64,000 bases of DNA from Octopus vulgaris (GCA_951406725.2 OX597824.1:11532001-11596000), one strand, 5' to 3'; shown: positions 1 to 12,887, numbered from the stretch's first letter. Made by a program: numbers and translations. Notes: generated from the sequence alone by a model not told the origin.

Positions 1-648
1 CACTGAATAGATTCACCTGTAATTTAAAGGTCCAGCTTTTTCCAACTGTGTGTTGTCAGTGTGACATCTGTGGAATGTTTATCCATTTACATACTAATTC
101 AATGAGGAGGTAGTTTGGTTGATCAAAAACTGAATATTCATCGTCAACATTGATGGAGATCTATGTACTTATAGTTTTAATGTTGTTTTGTAACTTAATA
201 GCCATTGCAGTTTAATTGTTTTGGCAATAATGACTTTTGCAAATATAAAAGAAATATTTCCATTTAAAACAGGATGTTATTGTTCCTGACTTGAGAACAA
301 GCTTTACTGGAGCTTAATGACTAACAAGTATCTGATGTCAAAAATATTAGAAGTGATATTGTTTAGTGTTATGGTTTAAAGAACAGATTCCCATACAACA
401 GTATGCAGAAGGTCTATATCATTATATAAGTAGGCTGACAGCAGACATACCGATACACTGCTGTTATACTGTCATAGAAGATTAGACACCTATACAGGAC
501 TTGTAAAGAGACACATGGAATAGTTAAGTAATATTAGGATAAACAACTAACAGATTCAATAAAGTGAAAGACAAATGCCTAATAGAGTTGCATCTCAACA
601 TTTTCAGATTCTGATGGGTTAAATTTACTTTTCATCAGCTTTGAAGTA

Positions 649-1099
649 CATTATTTACATTCGACGGATATTTGTCCTCATCTTGTTTGTTGTTAACACA
701 ACGTTTTGGCTGATATACCCTCCAGCCTTCTTCAGGTGTCTTGGGGAAATTTTGAACCTGAGTTCTCATTCCTAAGGTATTCTTCGATATTATTATTATT
801 ATTCAGAGTGGTTAGCGTTAGGAAAGGCATCCAGCTGTAGAAACTCTGCCAGATCAAGACTGGAGCTTGGTGCAGCCATCTTGTTCACCAGCCCACAGTC
901 AAACCGTCCAACCCATGCTAGCATGGAAAGCGAACGTTAAACGACGATGATTATGATTATTATAGTTCAGGTCACTGCTTGGAATCGAACTCAGAATCTT
1001 GGGGTTAGTAGCCCGCGCTCTTAACCACTACGCCATATGCCTGTGGGCATATCAGTCGAATGTAAATAATTCCTCATCTCTTAAATATAGAACTGTATT
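649..1099 (-). mobile_element. tRNA-headed non-autonomous retroelement with Penelope-like hammerhead-containing tail, inverted segment and a nested RTE-tail fragment
   Basis: 12-bp TSD AGCTTTGAAGTA at 637-648 and 1100-1111; tRNA-like head on minus strand at 968-1041 (TGGCGTAGTGG A-box, GAGTTCGATTCC B-box); hammerhead-like motif at 695-740; 1057-1095 is an inverted copy of the element's 3' end; ~806-955 is a nested RTE-type 3' tail. Confidence 0.75.
695..740 (-). ncRNA. Degenerate minimal type I hammerhead ribozyme motif
   Basis: Minus strand reads GACAC-CTGAAGA-A-GGCTG(gagggtatat)CAGCC-AAAA-CGTT-GTGTT. Stems I and II pair; GAAA core is mutated to AAAA, so probably inactive. Confidence 0.6.
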
Positions 1100-1449
1100 A
1101 GCTTTGAAGTAGCTAAAATAAATGTCAGTAGTTTTAAATACCTACAGTATTAACCCTTTGCCTGTCCTGTGTATTACATGTGATATGCATCATATATGGT
1201 TCACATTCTCATATTTTTTTCAAGTACCAAAGTAACTTGGAACTTATGAAAGGAAAGCTTTATATTACTCAGAACAGATGAAACAAGGGTTAACTAAAAG
1301 CCTGAAAACAAACATGGACATTTGGGATAAACTTATGAAACTGCTTTGGACAGGTAAAGGATGGACTTAGAATTGATAGAGCATCAGATTGAAGGATGGG
1401 CAACATAACAATGTTCCTACCTACAAACATGTGGAACTTTGTACATATG

Positions 1450-1671
1450 TTAACCCTTTAATGTTCAGATTACTCTGTTAAATGTAATACTTTTTCACTC
1501 AAGTTGTTTTGAATTAATCATGCATTATCTCATAGCTTTGAAATCTCAATGATTTATTTATTTTTAGAATTTCAATGTAGGTTAGGTGCGAGCGGCTAGA
1601 TATGGCTAGTTGAAATGTAAAACGTAGAATATTTGGGCCGGATGTGGCCGGTTTAAACACTAAAGGGTTAA
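1450..1671. mobile_element. piggyBac-like MITE, family A
   Basis: TTAA-CCCTTTA ... TAAAGGG-TTAA termini; related copies at ~5160-5380, ~38950-39165, ~49128-49367, ~54821-55020. Confidence 0.65.
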
Positions 1672-2005
1672 GCATCAATATTAAACGAGACAGCTCCATA
1701 TTTGCTATCAAAATCTGTGGTAAATGTGTAGACAATACTTTCTTGGTTGCATTTCTAATAAGTAATCTACTTTGAAGTTTTAATTTTTAATATAATCAAG
1801 ATTTTACCTATAGATAACATTGTTGAGACCTCAATCATTCCTGCTGAAAAAGACTCATAAAACTGAAGCAGCTAATCAGTTTGACAGTGTTTTGATGGTG
1901 GTGTTGTAGGCAAAGAAAGTGGAGCATCCTATCTTTATTATGGAACAGGCTACAACAGCAGGTTGTAAAACAGGTGATCTACATTTTACAGAAAAGTGAT
2001 ACTGC

Positions 2006-2484
2006 TTAACCCTTTCATTACCACATTTATTTTGAGATGCTCTGTGTTTCTTTCAATTAATTTTAAATATAACAAAGAATTTAGTACAATAACTTAATTA
2101 TCATTAAGCTAGTGTTAGGAACATAAATTGTGACTAAGGTTTGGTGGATGATTTTAATTCAAAACTTATGAAAACAAGACATTTGTACTCAGAGCCAGAG
2201 GCAGTTTCAGCTGGGTTGGTATCAGAAGGGTTGGTTAAAAATATCATGGTGACTTTAACCCTTTTGTTAACATATTTCTGTTGAGATGCTCTGTGTTTCT
2301 TTCAATTAATTTTAAATATAACAAAGAATTTAGTAAAATAACTTAATTATCATTAAGCTAGTGTTAGGAACATAAATTGTGACTAAGGTTTGGTGGATGA
2401 TTTTAATTCCAAACTTATGAAAACAAGACATTTGTACAACAGAGCCAGAGGCAGTTTCAGCTGGGTTGGTATTGAAAGGGTTAA
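2006..2484. mobile_element. Two tandem copies of piggyBac-like MITE, family B (2006-2232, 2255-2484)
   Basis: TTAACCCTTT ... AAGGGTTAA termini and near-identical ~225 bp bodies; further copies at 38465-38693, 41173-41402 and 44014-44242 (last two reversed). Confidence 0.75.
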
Positions 2485-5400
2485 GAAAATTTGCCAGTTG
2501 CATAGTGCAGATTGGTCTTGTAGAAGCTTCTTTGGCTCATTAAGATAAGATCCTGTTACTTGGCAAATTGGATATAGGATAGAGTAGCCTTAGTTAAACT
2601 GGTAGCTAGGGATCAAATCACACTACAAGTTATGCACAAAATATGCCTTGGCTTGTTCAGACACATTAGTTGGTGGGGTAAGTTTAGGATACAGCAAACT
2701 ATTAACAAGAGATACAATCGCACAATCATAAATGAGAAATGGTTTAGAAAATGATCATTAATATATATCCAGGGGTAATACTGAAACAGGACAAAAGAAC
2801 AAAAACAAGGTGTGCGTGTGGTGTGTGTAAAGGTGCTTGTATATATATCTCGGTTTGAACGTGTGTGTGTGTGGCATGATCATGTAAAGAATCATACTGA
2901 AAGCTAATTCTGATTTATATCAGTGCGATCTACCAATGGAACCGTCTTAAAACAGTATAGATGGTAAATGTGATGAACAATATTATATTTTAGAGTCTGT
3001 TTGTGTGTGTGTGTGTGTGTGTTTTTTTCTTTCTTCTTTTTTAAAGTCATTTCCTGAAAGAAATGAGGACAATAGAACATTTCAATAATAAACAATAACA
3101 ATAAAGAGAGACAGAGAGAAAGAGAAAGAGAGAGATGATAGATAGATAGATAGCGAGAGAGAGAGAGAGATAAGTGATTATGTCTAGAGTGATTACTAAA
3201 CATTCCAGGAGTTCATTTGGAATAAATACATAGCAATACATTTACTGTAGTATATAGAAATAGATGTTGGTAGGCTGTGGAGGGTTAAAAAGAAAAAAAA
3301 AAAATGACAGTAGGAAGGCACATTGATAGGGAGGGAGGGAGGGATGGAACGATTACATTGATAGTCAATCAACTTTAAATGTTCCCTTTTAAGCTTTCAA
3401 GAGTGTCATTAACAAAAAAAAAAAAAAAAAAAAAACTACTCGACTCATAAATACTGCAGAAAACTGAATGAGAAATTATCGTCATTATCACGATCATCAC
3501 TGTTCTGTGAATATTCATTTTCATATAACTATTGATATGAGATGATATGGAAGTATATATGTGTGACACACATACACACACACACATACACATGTATATA
3601 ATTCCTATTTTCATTGATTAAACATTACTTTTGGCTTGCATTTAAATTACATTCCTCTTACACAGATAGAGAAGCAGTTAGAGTGAAACAATTTAGAAAA
3701 AGAGGGAAGAGAAATGGTGTACAATGAACATGAGCGGCAATGGTTTGAGAAGAGTATTTAAACCAGGTTAAAAGATAACGACAGATCTAGGTAGGTAACA
3801 TTGTTAAAAGCAAGAACAGTAGAAAAATTATTTTTTAAATAAATAAATTGTTATGTCTCATTAAAGGCAAAATTAATTCATGCAAACAAACGTTGATGTT
3901 ATTGCAGTGATGTGCACTTTAAATGAGACACTTCATACAAGTTAACATTAATCCAAAGGTTAAAAAAAAAACAAACTTAAGGTGAGTGGTTGTAAACATC
4001 CTAGAAGAATATCAATGAAGAATAACAAGATTGTTAACTTGAGGACTTGAAGATTAGACAGTCAGCTAATCTTTTGTCTGACTTGTTTCTCTCATTTGAC
4101 TGCAACCATGCTGGGTCATCAACTTGAAAGGTTTTAGTCAAACAAATTGACCCTAGAACCGATTTACTTTTTCCTTTTTTTTTTTTTCTTTTAAATAATC
4201 CTTAAGTAGCAGCAGATTTGAAACAAGTTTACTAATTTTATGGGCGAATTGAACAAACATCAGCTAGAAAAGTAAAAAATAATCAAAATTTTTGTACATT
4301 TTACACATTTATTATTAAGACTTATGTTTCACACTCTCTAACCAGACATTCTCTTGAAACCGATACCGGTATTTTCCTTGTTCTTGATAAGTATAACTTC
4401 TATTATAGATCACAATATAAAGTGTAGATTGCATACCAAAGCAATATCACGACATATAGATTACATACCAAAGTAGCATCAAGTATTCAATATTTAGATT
4501 GAAACCTTCCTTTATAATTTCATTGAAGTACCTTTTATTAATTTATATCTCAGCCAGCAGCTTAAAAATGACAGTCAGTTGTTTGCTGATATTTGGAAAA
4601 TAATCAAGAATTTGATGACATTTAGTCAAAACAAATACCACAAGGTTTTCTATCTGACACTAATGACCGACTCACTCTCTCTGGTTCTGAGTTCAAATCC
4701 CGCCAAAGTCAACTTTGATAAAAAGGTAACCAGTCCAGGCAAAACTATAAGAATGAATGTAGGACCAGAATGCTTTGCTATATCTCTTCCAGGTTTTTTG
4801 TGGTCAAACTTCAAATCCTGCTACAGACTGCTATCTAGTTTAAAACCATCACCTGGGGTCATGAATGTCTTAGCAGAGTCCACTAGGTTGCTAGTATACT
4901 GACTATGTCTCTGGTTTAAGGACATCTTCCTTCCACCAAGATCGACTTTGCCTTTCATCCTTTCAGGGTCAATAAATTAAGTATAAATTGTGTACTGGGG
5001 TCAACCCAATTGACTGGCCCCCTCCCCCGAAATTTCAGGCCTTGTGCCTAGAGTAGAAAAGGATATCTTCTTCCTTCCTTCCCACTAGTCTTGGAATCCT
5101 TGTAAATAGTCACAGGCACTGATAGACAAAGTATTTTGCTAAAAATCTAGTCACAAATGGGTTAATACTTTAGCATTTAAACAGTCATATTTGGCTCAAA
5201 TATTCAACCCATTTTACAGTAAAACTGGTCAGATCTACCTTCTCACACCTAGCCTACAATGTCACTTTAAAAATAAGCAAATCAAATCTTGAAGCTACAA
5301 GATAATACATGATTAAATGAAAGCAATGTGAATAAATAAGGACTATATTTAACAAGGTGATCTAAATGCTAAGGAGTTAAATAGGAATGCTTTTTAATAC

Positions 5401-6370
5401 AGGGATTGTAACAGAGGGGCTGAAGGTCAAGTTGGGCAGGTCAGCATAAAAACAGTTCAAACAATTTCAATCTTGACAAGTATTTTAGGGATAAAATAAT
5501 TAAGGTGGTGAGTGACTCGCTCAACAAACAAACAAATGGTAAATGTCTGTTTGACTAAGGAAAATGAAACAAATACATACATCTAAATTCTGTCTTGAGA
5601 GTGTAATCTAAAAACCACCATTATACCACTGACATACCCACACATCCATCCTCTCCCCACACGCACACACACCTATAAACACAAGCATAGTTATATGGTA
5701 AAGAAATTCATTTCAAAAGTTAAAAGTTCCAGGTTCAGTCCCACTGCATGACACCTTAGGTAGTTTTTAACATAAATACAAGAAATACAGAAGTGTGACG
5801 AAAGAACTCTGGCCGAAATAAGATTAAGATTAATGTAAAAAATAAATAACGCTGAAGCAAAGTAACACCAAATATATAGTGTGTGTGTTTTTATTGGCTA
5901 AACTGGCAAAATGACCCTTCCGAAATACAAAAATACAAAAAAAAAATCCTTCATATACTTCTAAGAAATTAGTGACAGCTTTGTTTTCAAGGTGACATTT
6001 TATAAAAGAGCTGTTCTATGTATACATACATGCATATATACACATGTACATATATGCACACATGTGGGTGCACAGCAATGGGGTTTATGTTGTTCACTTT
6101 CACAATCCCGCTGCACAGCACTTAGCAAATTATCTTCCATTATAGCCTCAGGGTGATCAAGCTTAGCGAGCAAAATCAAGCAAATGGAAATTGGATTAGG
6201 AACCTGCTAGATATAGTGTTACTCTGATTCTGACTGAGGATTTCATTAAGGGTACAAAGTGTCCATAAAATAACCAACCATAATAATTTAATGAGTAGGT
6301 GATCTTGGTGATAAGACAGCTGAAGCACTTTCTGGAGGAATGAACAGACTTCATCATTAAATAAAGTGAT

Positions 6371-7070
6371 TGATAGATAGATAGACAGATAGATAGCAAG
6401 ATAGATAGATATATTCGTTTGAAACAGGTTAGACAAATGACTGGCATATATGGATAGACCAACATATGAAAAGACAGACAGACAAATGGATAGGTGGATA
6501 GACAGATAGACAAACAGACGGATGGATAACTGGATAGACAGATAGACATGAATGGATAACTGGATAGACAGACAGACATGAATGGATAGGTAGATAGACA
6601 GACAGACAGACAAATGGATAGGTGGATAGACAGACAGACAGACAAATGGATAGGTGGATAGACAGACAGACATGAATGGATAGGTGGATAGACAGACAGA
6701 CAGACAAATGGATAGGTGGATAGACAGACAGACAGACAAATGGATAGGTGGATAGACAGACAGACATGAATGGATAGGTGGATAGACAGACAGACAGACA
6801 GACAAATGGATAGGTGGATAGACAGACAGACAGACAAATGGATAGGTGGATAGACAGACAGACAGACAAATGGATAGGTGGATAGACAGACAGACAGACA
6901 AATGGATAGGTGGATAGACAGACAAACAGACAAATGGATAGGTGGATAGACAGACAGACATGAATGGATAGGTGGATAGACAGACGAACGGATAGGTGGA
7001 TAGATAGAAATATGAACAGACATATGGATAGACAGAGGTGGACAGACAGACGGATGAATAGATAGATAAG
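6371..7070. repeat. Compound GATA/GACA/TGGA microsatellite with higher-order ~28-36 nt unit
   Basis: Repeated (GACA)n-AATGGATAGGTGGATA units; source of three spurious ORFs. Confidence 0.95.
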
Positions 7071-7384
7071 AGAATCTAAAATACCCTCCTGCAAGTGAAA
7101 ATTCTAAATAAAAAAGAAATACACATGAAATTGATTAGTAGTGATCAACACTCCTATATACGAACTGTTCACCAACCTAAACCATAAACATGCAAACTTC
7201 TTTAAGATGAAAACCAAACTGGTTTCAATAGTGATACTTGTGATCATGCAATTTAGATGAAGACGAGGGTTTATTGTCCTGGCTGTCTTTGTTTATAATT
7301 GGCACCATGGCAGTGATGATGAAGTGCAAAGGAGGTGGAGCAATCAACAAGAAATGGTGATGAAATATGGCCAAATAACATTCC

Positions 7385-7443
7385 TTACAACACGATAATG
7401 ATCACTAATAGTTCCGACATTCCATCAGGTGCTTCACTACAAC
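7385..7443 (-). CDS. Candidate alternative terminal exon, phase 1, (G)CSEAPDGMSELLVIIIVL*
   Basis: Acceptor gctgttttgtcacag|GTT; stop at 7385-7387; AATAAA on minus strand at 7270-7275. No homology recognised. Confidence 0.3.
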
Positions 7444-8012
7444 CTGTGACAAAACAGCAATTAAAAGTCATACACACATACATACATACAGACATATACC
7501 CTGCATCCACTGACACAACTGTAGTAAGCTACAACTAATTAACAGACACAAATATAAGTTACACATTTAATCCAGTCACACACTTGCATTTTGCTAGACA
7601 CACACATTTTCAATGACAACTAGTTGTTTATATCACACACACATTTCATCCAATGATAACCAAATTTAACAGCTCTCTCTATTTCCATCTCTCACACACA
7701 TACTCACACATTATATCCAATGACCTCTCTTCCTCTATCTGTCTCTCTCACATGGACACTATCCAATGATAACCAACTTTAACAGCTTTCTGTCTCTCTC
7801 TCTTTCTCACACGCACATATATGCATGCATAATACATCCAATGACAAGTGAAATTTAACAGCTTTCTCACGCACGCATGTGTACACACACACACACACAC
7901 GTAAGATATCTGGTCACATTGTAAGTGAAATAATCTGTGAACAAGAAAAACTCAACCACAAACAAACACACAAAAATTAACCAGTTCAGTGTAATTAAAT
8001 ACTGCCCACTGC

Positions 8013-8041
8013 CTAAATTAAAAACAAGTCTTGTGATGAAC
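8013..8041 (-). CDS. Candidate alternative terminal exon, phase 1, (G)SSQDLFLI*
   Basis: Acceptor tgctgttcacttcag|GTT; in frame with the 15-nt microexon 48 nt upstream. Confidence 0.3.
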
Positions 8042-8089
8042 CTGAAGTGAACAGCAATCCGTAGGTGTTAAGGAGCCGAATAAAAATAC

Positions 8090-8104
8090 CTTTCATTGAA
8101 AATC
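8090..8104 (-). CDS. Candidate 15-nt microexon GATTTTCAATGAAAG (x-FSMK-x, phase 1-1)
   Basis: Long U tract, then ttccatgcactccaaag| acceptor with TGC near the AG; AAG|gtattt donor; frame-preserving. Confidence 0.5.
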
Positions 8105-8602
8105 CTTTGGAGTGCATGGAAATTAATAAAAAAAAAAATACAAACAAAATGCAAAATAAACTAATTAAAACAATATTTAAAGCTTTACAATGAAAAATGT
8201 AAAAAATACATTGAGATACAAAACAGACTTTTACAAAGCGACTAATTGAACAAAATAAAAAATTGTAAAGGTAGTTTTTGTGCATTTAGGAAATTAAATC
8301 TTGAGAAATAAATGGAAAAAATAAATAAATAAATAAATAAAGCTTAGATATAATTTTTCTTTTACTTTTTCTTTCAGAAATATAATTTTTGAAAAAAAAA
8401 AAAAAAAAAAAAAAAAATTATATCTAACAAGTTTTGCAAAATTTCTTCATCATGCTTTGAAGTTAGAGCGAAAAACAACATAAAAGGAAATAAATATAAA
8501 AAGAAAAATAAAATAAAATAAAAATTTACTGTTTACAAAATAAAAAAAAAGAAAAAGAAAAATTTAGCAAACAGTGGGCACTGCCTTATGAAGCAGACTT
8601 AC

Positions 8603-8607
8603 TGTCT
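8603..8607 (-). CDS. Candidate 5-nt (AGACA) or 3-nt (ACA) microexon
   Basis: tttcccccttttatgttattggctgatgtggatag|AGACA|GTAAGT; perfect donor hexamer in a repeat-free island. Confidence 0.35.
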
Positions 8608-9039
8608 CTATCCACATCAGCCAATAACATAAAAGGGGGAAACATTTGCAAGGTGATAAATATCTGGATTATTTCAAGAAATAAATTTTTTTCCCTTCTT
8701 TCAAAACCTCAAAGAAAAAAAAAAAAACGTATTCTATAAGTAAATCCAATAAAACAGCAGTGAGTTTGCGAAAAATTTAATTTTTTCCTGCATAAGTGTT
8801 GCTAATGATGATAGTCCATTGTTGATCTGAAGTTATTTAATTCATGTTTAAAAAAAATCTATACCCCAAAGCAAGGAATTGTGTAGCAGCAGCAGAACGT
8901 GATAGCAAGCACCAATTTTTTGCATAGAGAGAGAAAGACAGAGAGAGAGATAGATCAGTCTAAAACTTGTAGAATAGGGAGGGAAAAAGTTTCTTCAAAG
9001 TTTTAATTGATGCCAAAAAACAACAAAAATTTATTTCAC

Positions 9040-9325
9040 TCTTTTACTCGTTTCAGTCGTTTGACTGTGGCCATGCTGTAGCACCACCGTTAGTCGAGCA
9101 AATCGACCCCCAGGACTTATTCTTTGGAAGCCTAGTACTTATTCTATCGGTCTCTTTTGCTGAACCGCTACTTTATGGGGATGAAAACACACCAGCATCG
9201 GTTGTCAAGCGATGTTGGGGTGGACAAACAGACATATACATACATATATATATATCTATGACGGGCTTCTTTCAGTTTTCGTCTACCAAATCCACTAACA
9301 AGGCTTTGGTCGGCCCGAGGCTATA
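9040..9325 (-). mobile_element. CORE-type tRNA SINE, 3' part
   Basis: Reverse complement of the body and tail of the copy at 19020-19415. Confidence 0.8.
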
Positions 9326-9329
9326 TAGC

Positions 9330-10935
9330 TTAATAGCATTTCATCCATCTTTATGTTCTGAGTTCAAATTCTGTTAAGGTTGACTTTGCCTTTTGTGCTT
9401 TCAGGATCGATAAAATAAGTACTAGTGAAACACTGGGGTCAATGCAATCAACTTAACCCCTGTCTCAAACTTGCCGGCCATGTTCCAAACTTTGAAACTT
9501 ATTATTATTACCGTATTTTAACATGTATAAGGAACCACCTAATTTGGGGGTCTTAAAATTTGGAAAAAAGGTTTTGTAAGGGATTATAATACTATCCATG
9601 TATAAGAAACTCCCATATTTTTTTTAACCTAATTTTTGACAAAAAAGGGTTTCTTATACACATTAAAATACAGTATATAATGTGTCAAGATGGTAGAATC
9701 GTTACTGCACTGGACAAAATGCTTAGCAACATTCTTCAAACTTTACGTTTTGAGTTCAAATGTCACTTGGATCAACTTTGCCTTTCATCCTTTCAAAGTT
9801 AATGAAGTAAGTACCAGTTGAGTACTTGAGAGAGACAGGGGGGCAATGTAATTGATTTATCCCCTACCCTGAAATTTTGGCCTTGTGCCAAAATTTGAAA
9901 TCATCATTAATACAGGGTAGAAGGCAGGAAGCTGGAAGAACCATTAGTACAGCAGACAAAATGCTGAGCAGCATTTCTTCTAGCTTTTAATGGTCTGAGT
10001 TCAAATGCCACCTAAGTCTTTCCTTTTCATCCCTTTTCTTTGAGGGGGGGGGAGCAATAAAATAAAGTACCTGTCAAGTACCGGGGTCAATATAATCACT
10101 CTCCTTTCAAAATTGCTGGCCTTGTGTCCAAATTTAAAAGAATTATCATTATTAAGATGACAAGCTGGCAGAAGCATTAGCACATCAGACAAAATACTTA
10201 GTGTTTTTTTTTTTTTTTTTTTTTTTTTAGGTCTTTAAGGCCTGAGTTCAAATACTGCCAAGGTTAACTTTTGCCTTTAATCTTTTCTAAACTGATAAAA
10301 TTAAGAACCAGCCAAGAACTGGGGTTGATGTAATTGACTTACCCTTTCGATCAAAACTGCTGGTCTTGTGGCAAAATCATTACTACTAGGCATCAACAAC
10401 TTTTTTCAAATACCACTTGAAGGGGTAAATGAGAGTAGAACGGAAAGTATTAAGTACTATCATCCAGTAAATATAGTGGAAGGTGGGTTAGGGTTTGCCG
10501 CAGCAGAATGAACCGACTCTAAATATGCATCTGTGAGACAGATCACAACTGAGAGGGAGCACTTTTATTTGGATTTCAATTTGCTTACATTTTTTTCTTT
10601 TCTTACAGTCATTATAAATCCCCTCCCCTTTTGTAGTTTCTCTTCGTAATAGTTTCCTTTTGTCTCCCTCGCGGCAGTAAAAAAAATTATTATTATTATT
10701 ATTATTAAAGTGTATTTATTATTGAATAAGACAGCTAGCTGGCAGAATTGCTAGCATATTGAACAAAGTGCTTAGCGACATTTCTTCTGACTCCTTACAG
10801 TCAGAGTTCACATTACACCAAGGTCAACTTAGCCTTTCATCCATTCAGGATCAATAAAATAAGCACCAGTTGAGCACTAGGGTCGATACAATTGACCGTC
10901 CCCTTCCCAACAATGTCAAGCCTTGTGTCTATAGT
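9330..10935 (+). mobile_element. Cluster of co-oriented degenerate Meta-type SINE copies
   Basis: About five repeats of GAGTTCAAAT...GACTTTGCCTTTCATCCTTT...AAGTACCAG...GGCCTTGTG separated by (ATT)n-like tails. Confidence 0.75.
9511..9673. mobile_element. pogo/Tigger-like MITE
   Basis: TA-CCGTATTTTAACATGTATAAG ... CTTATACACATTAAAATACAG-TA imperfect TIRs with TA TSD. Confidence 0.65.
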
Positions 10936-12654
10936 AGAATTATTAAATTGTTGACCAAATTGGTGCAAATGGCAAAAACACTTGAAGTGTCCTTCCACAG
11001 TTTATGGACAAATGTCTCAGAGCAATGGAACAGAATTGCTACAACATCAGACAAAATATGCGGTAGGATCTGTTTTAGCTCTTTATATCCTGAGTTTAAA
11101 TATCAAACTACAGTTGGTTGTCAAGTAGACATGGGGACAAACAGACAACACACATGCACAACGGGCTTCTATACAGTTTTCATCTGCCAAATTCACACAC
11201 AAGGCTTTGGTTGGCCTGGGAGTATACACAGATGAAACTTGCCCAAGGTGTTGCACTGTGGGACTGAACCCCAAACCACATGGTTGCAAAGCAAGCTTCT
11301 TAACCACACAGCCGTGTTTGTACCAAAAGTCAGCCTCAGCTCATATCATGAGGCGGTGGGAGGAGTTAACATCAACTATATCCTGCTTCCCCTCAAAATT
11401 AAGTGCAGCGGGGTGGGTAGTGGTGAATTTCATTATACTTTAGCTCTAATCAAACTTTGTGACCTTGTGCTATTAGATATTAAATATGAAGAGAATTGCT
11501 AATTAGTAAATAAAAAGAGAAAGCCATTCAAATTGTCAATGCATAGCAATGTCTTTCTGAACCATTCTAACTTACTCAGACCTTACAAAGTATCTTATGG
11601 GAATCTCAGACTCCACCAACTGGGTCATACATATATACGTGAGTTATTTAATGGATAATTAAAAAAAGGAATGTATATCTTTTATATCTCTTACTTGTCT
11701 CAGTCATTGGGCTGTAGCCATGCTGGGGCATTGCCTTGAAGGGTTTTAGCCAAGCAAATTAATCCCCATATTTATTTTTAAGCATGGTATTTATTTATTC
11801 TAGCAGACTCACTTGTCAAACCATTAGGTTATGGAGATGTAAACAAACCAACACCGGTTGTCAAGAGGTGTGTGTTGTGGGGACAAACACATAAAGACAC
11901 ACACACACGTAGATATATCTATATATACACAATGGGCTTCCACACGGTTTCCATTTACCAGATTCACTCACAAGGTATTGGTCAATCTGGGGCTGTAGTA
12001 GATGCTTGCAGAAGGTGCCGCACAATGAAATTGAACTCAAAACCATGTGGTTTCAAAGCAAGCATCTTAAACATACAGCCATGCCTGCACCTATACATGT
12101 ACACTTTTGCAGATGGTTCCATTTCTATCGCTTCACAGATACAGTAGTAAAGTTCATCACTCTTATCTTATTACTTTATGGACTCTTCTGACAGATTATC
12201 ACTTGTCTTCTTAGTTTCTAGGAATTATATTTCATCACACACACCTTTATTTCACTGATATACTCACACATCCTTAATCCCACCACATACACACCTATAA
12301 ACACAAGCATGTCATATGGTTAAGAAGCCCATTTCACAAGTTCAAGGTACCAGGTTCAATTCCACTGCACAGCACCTTGGTAAGTATATTTTATCATAGC
12401 CATGCCTGTGAGTGGAATTTGGTAAATGAAAGCTGCACAAAAGACTAAGACTGGTTATATTTGTTTTCGGTGGTTGAAAATCTACTGCCTGGTTTTGCAC
12501 CAGCACTGGCCCTTGAGCACCTTTTAGCAAGAGATTGTAGCAGAGTGCCAATTCCACCTGGGTGGCAACACTCTTGGTCTAACCAATCAACAGCACTCGA
12601 AAACAGCCATGACTTGGGTACCACCTGATGGCAGGCATAAAAGGGACAGGTTTA

Positions 12655-12887
12655 AGGCAGCGAGCTGGCAGAGACGTTAGCACGCCGGGCGAAATACTTA
12701 GCGGTATTTCGTCTGCCGTTACGTTGTGAGTTCAAATTCTGCCGAGGTCGACTTTGCCTTTCATCCTTTCGGGGTCGATAAATTAAGTACCAGTTACGCA
12801 CTGGGGTCGATGTAATCGACTTAATACCTATGTGTGTCCTTGTTTGTCCCCTCTATGTTCAGCCCCTTGTGGGTAATAAAGAAATAG
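12655..12887 (+). mobile_element. Full-length Meta-type tRNA SINE
   Basis: GAGCTGGCAGA A-box region, GAGTTCAAAT B-box, central GACTTTGCCTTTCATCCTTTCGGGGTCGATAAATTAAGTACCAG domain; near-identical copies at 34206-34438, 41795-42020(-), 46967-47383(-, dimer), 48643-48849, 52047-52279, 62761-62990. Confidence 0.85.

Noticed and set aside
6176-7094. Three overlapping 221-275 aa ORFs
   Set aside because: Translations of the GACA/GATA microsatellite, open in all three frames because the repeat lacks stops.
8030-8100. C/D box snoRNA (TGATGA...CTGA)
   Set aside because: The boxes are only 3 nt apart, with no distal D box or terminal stem.
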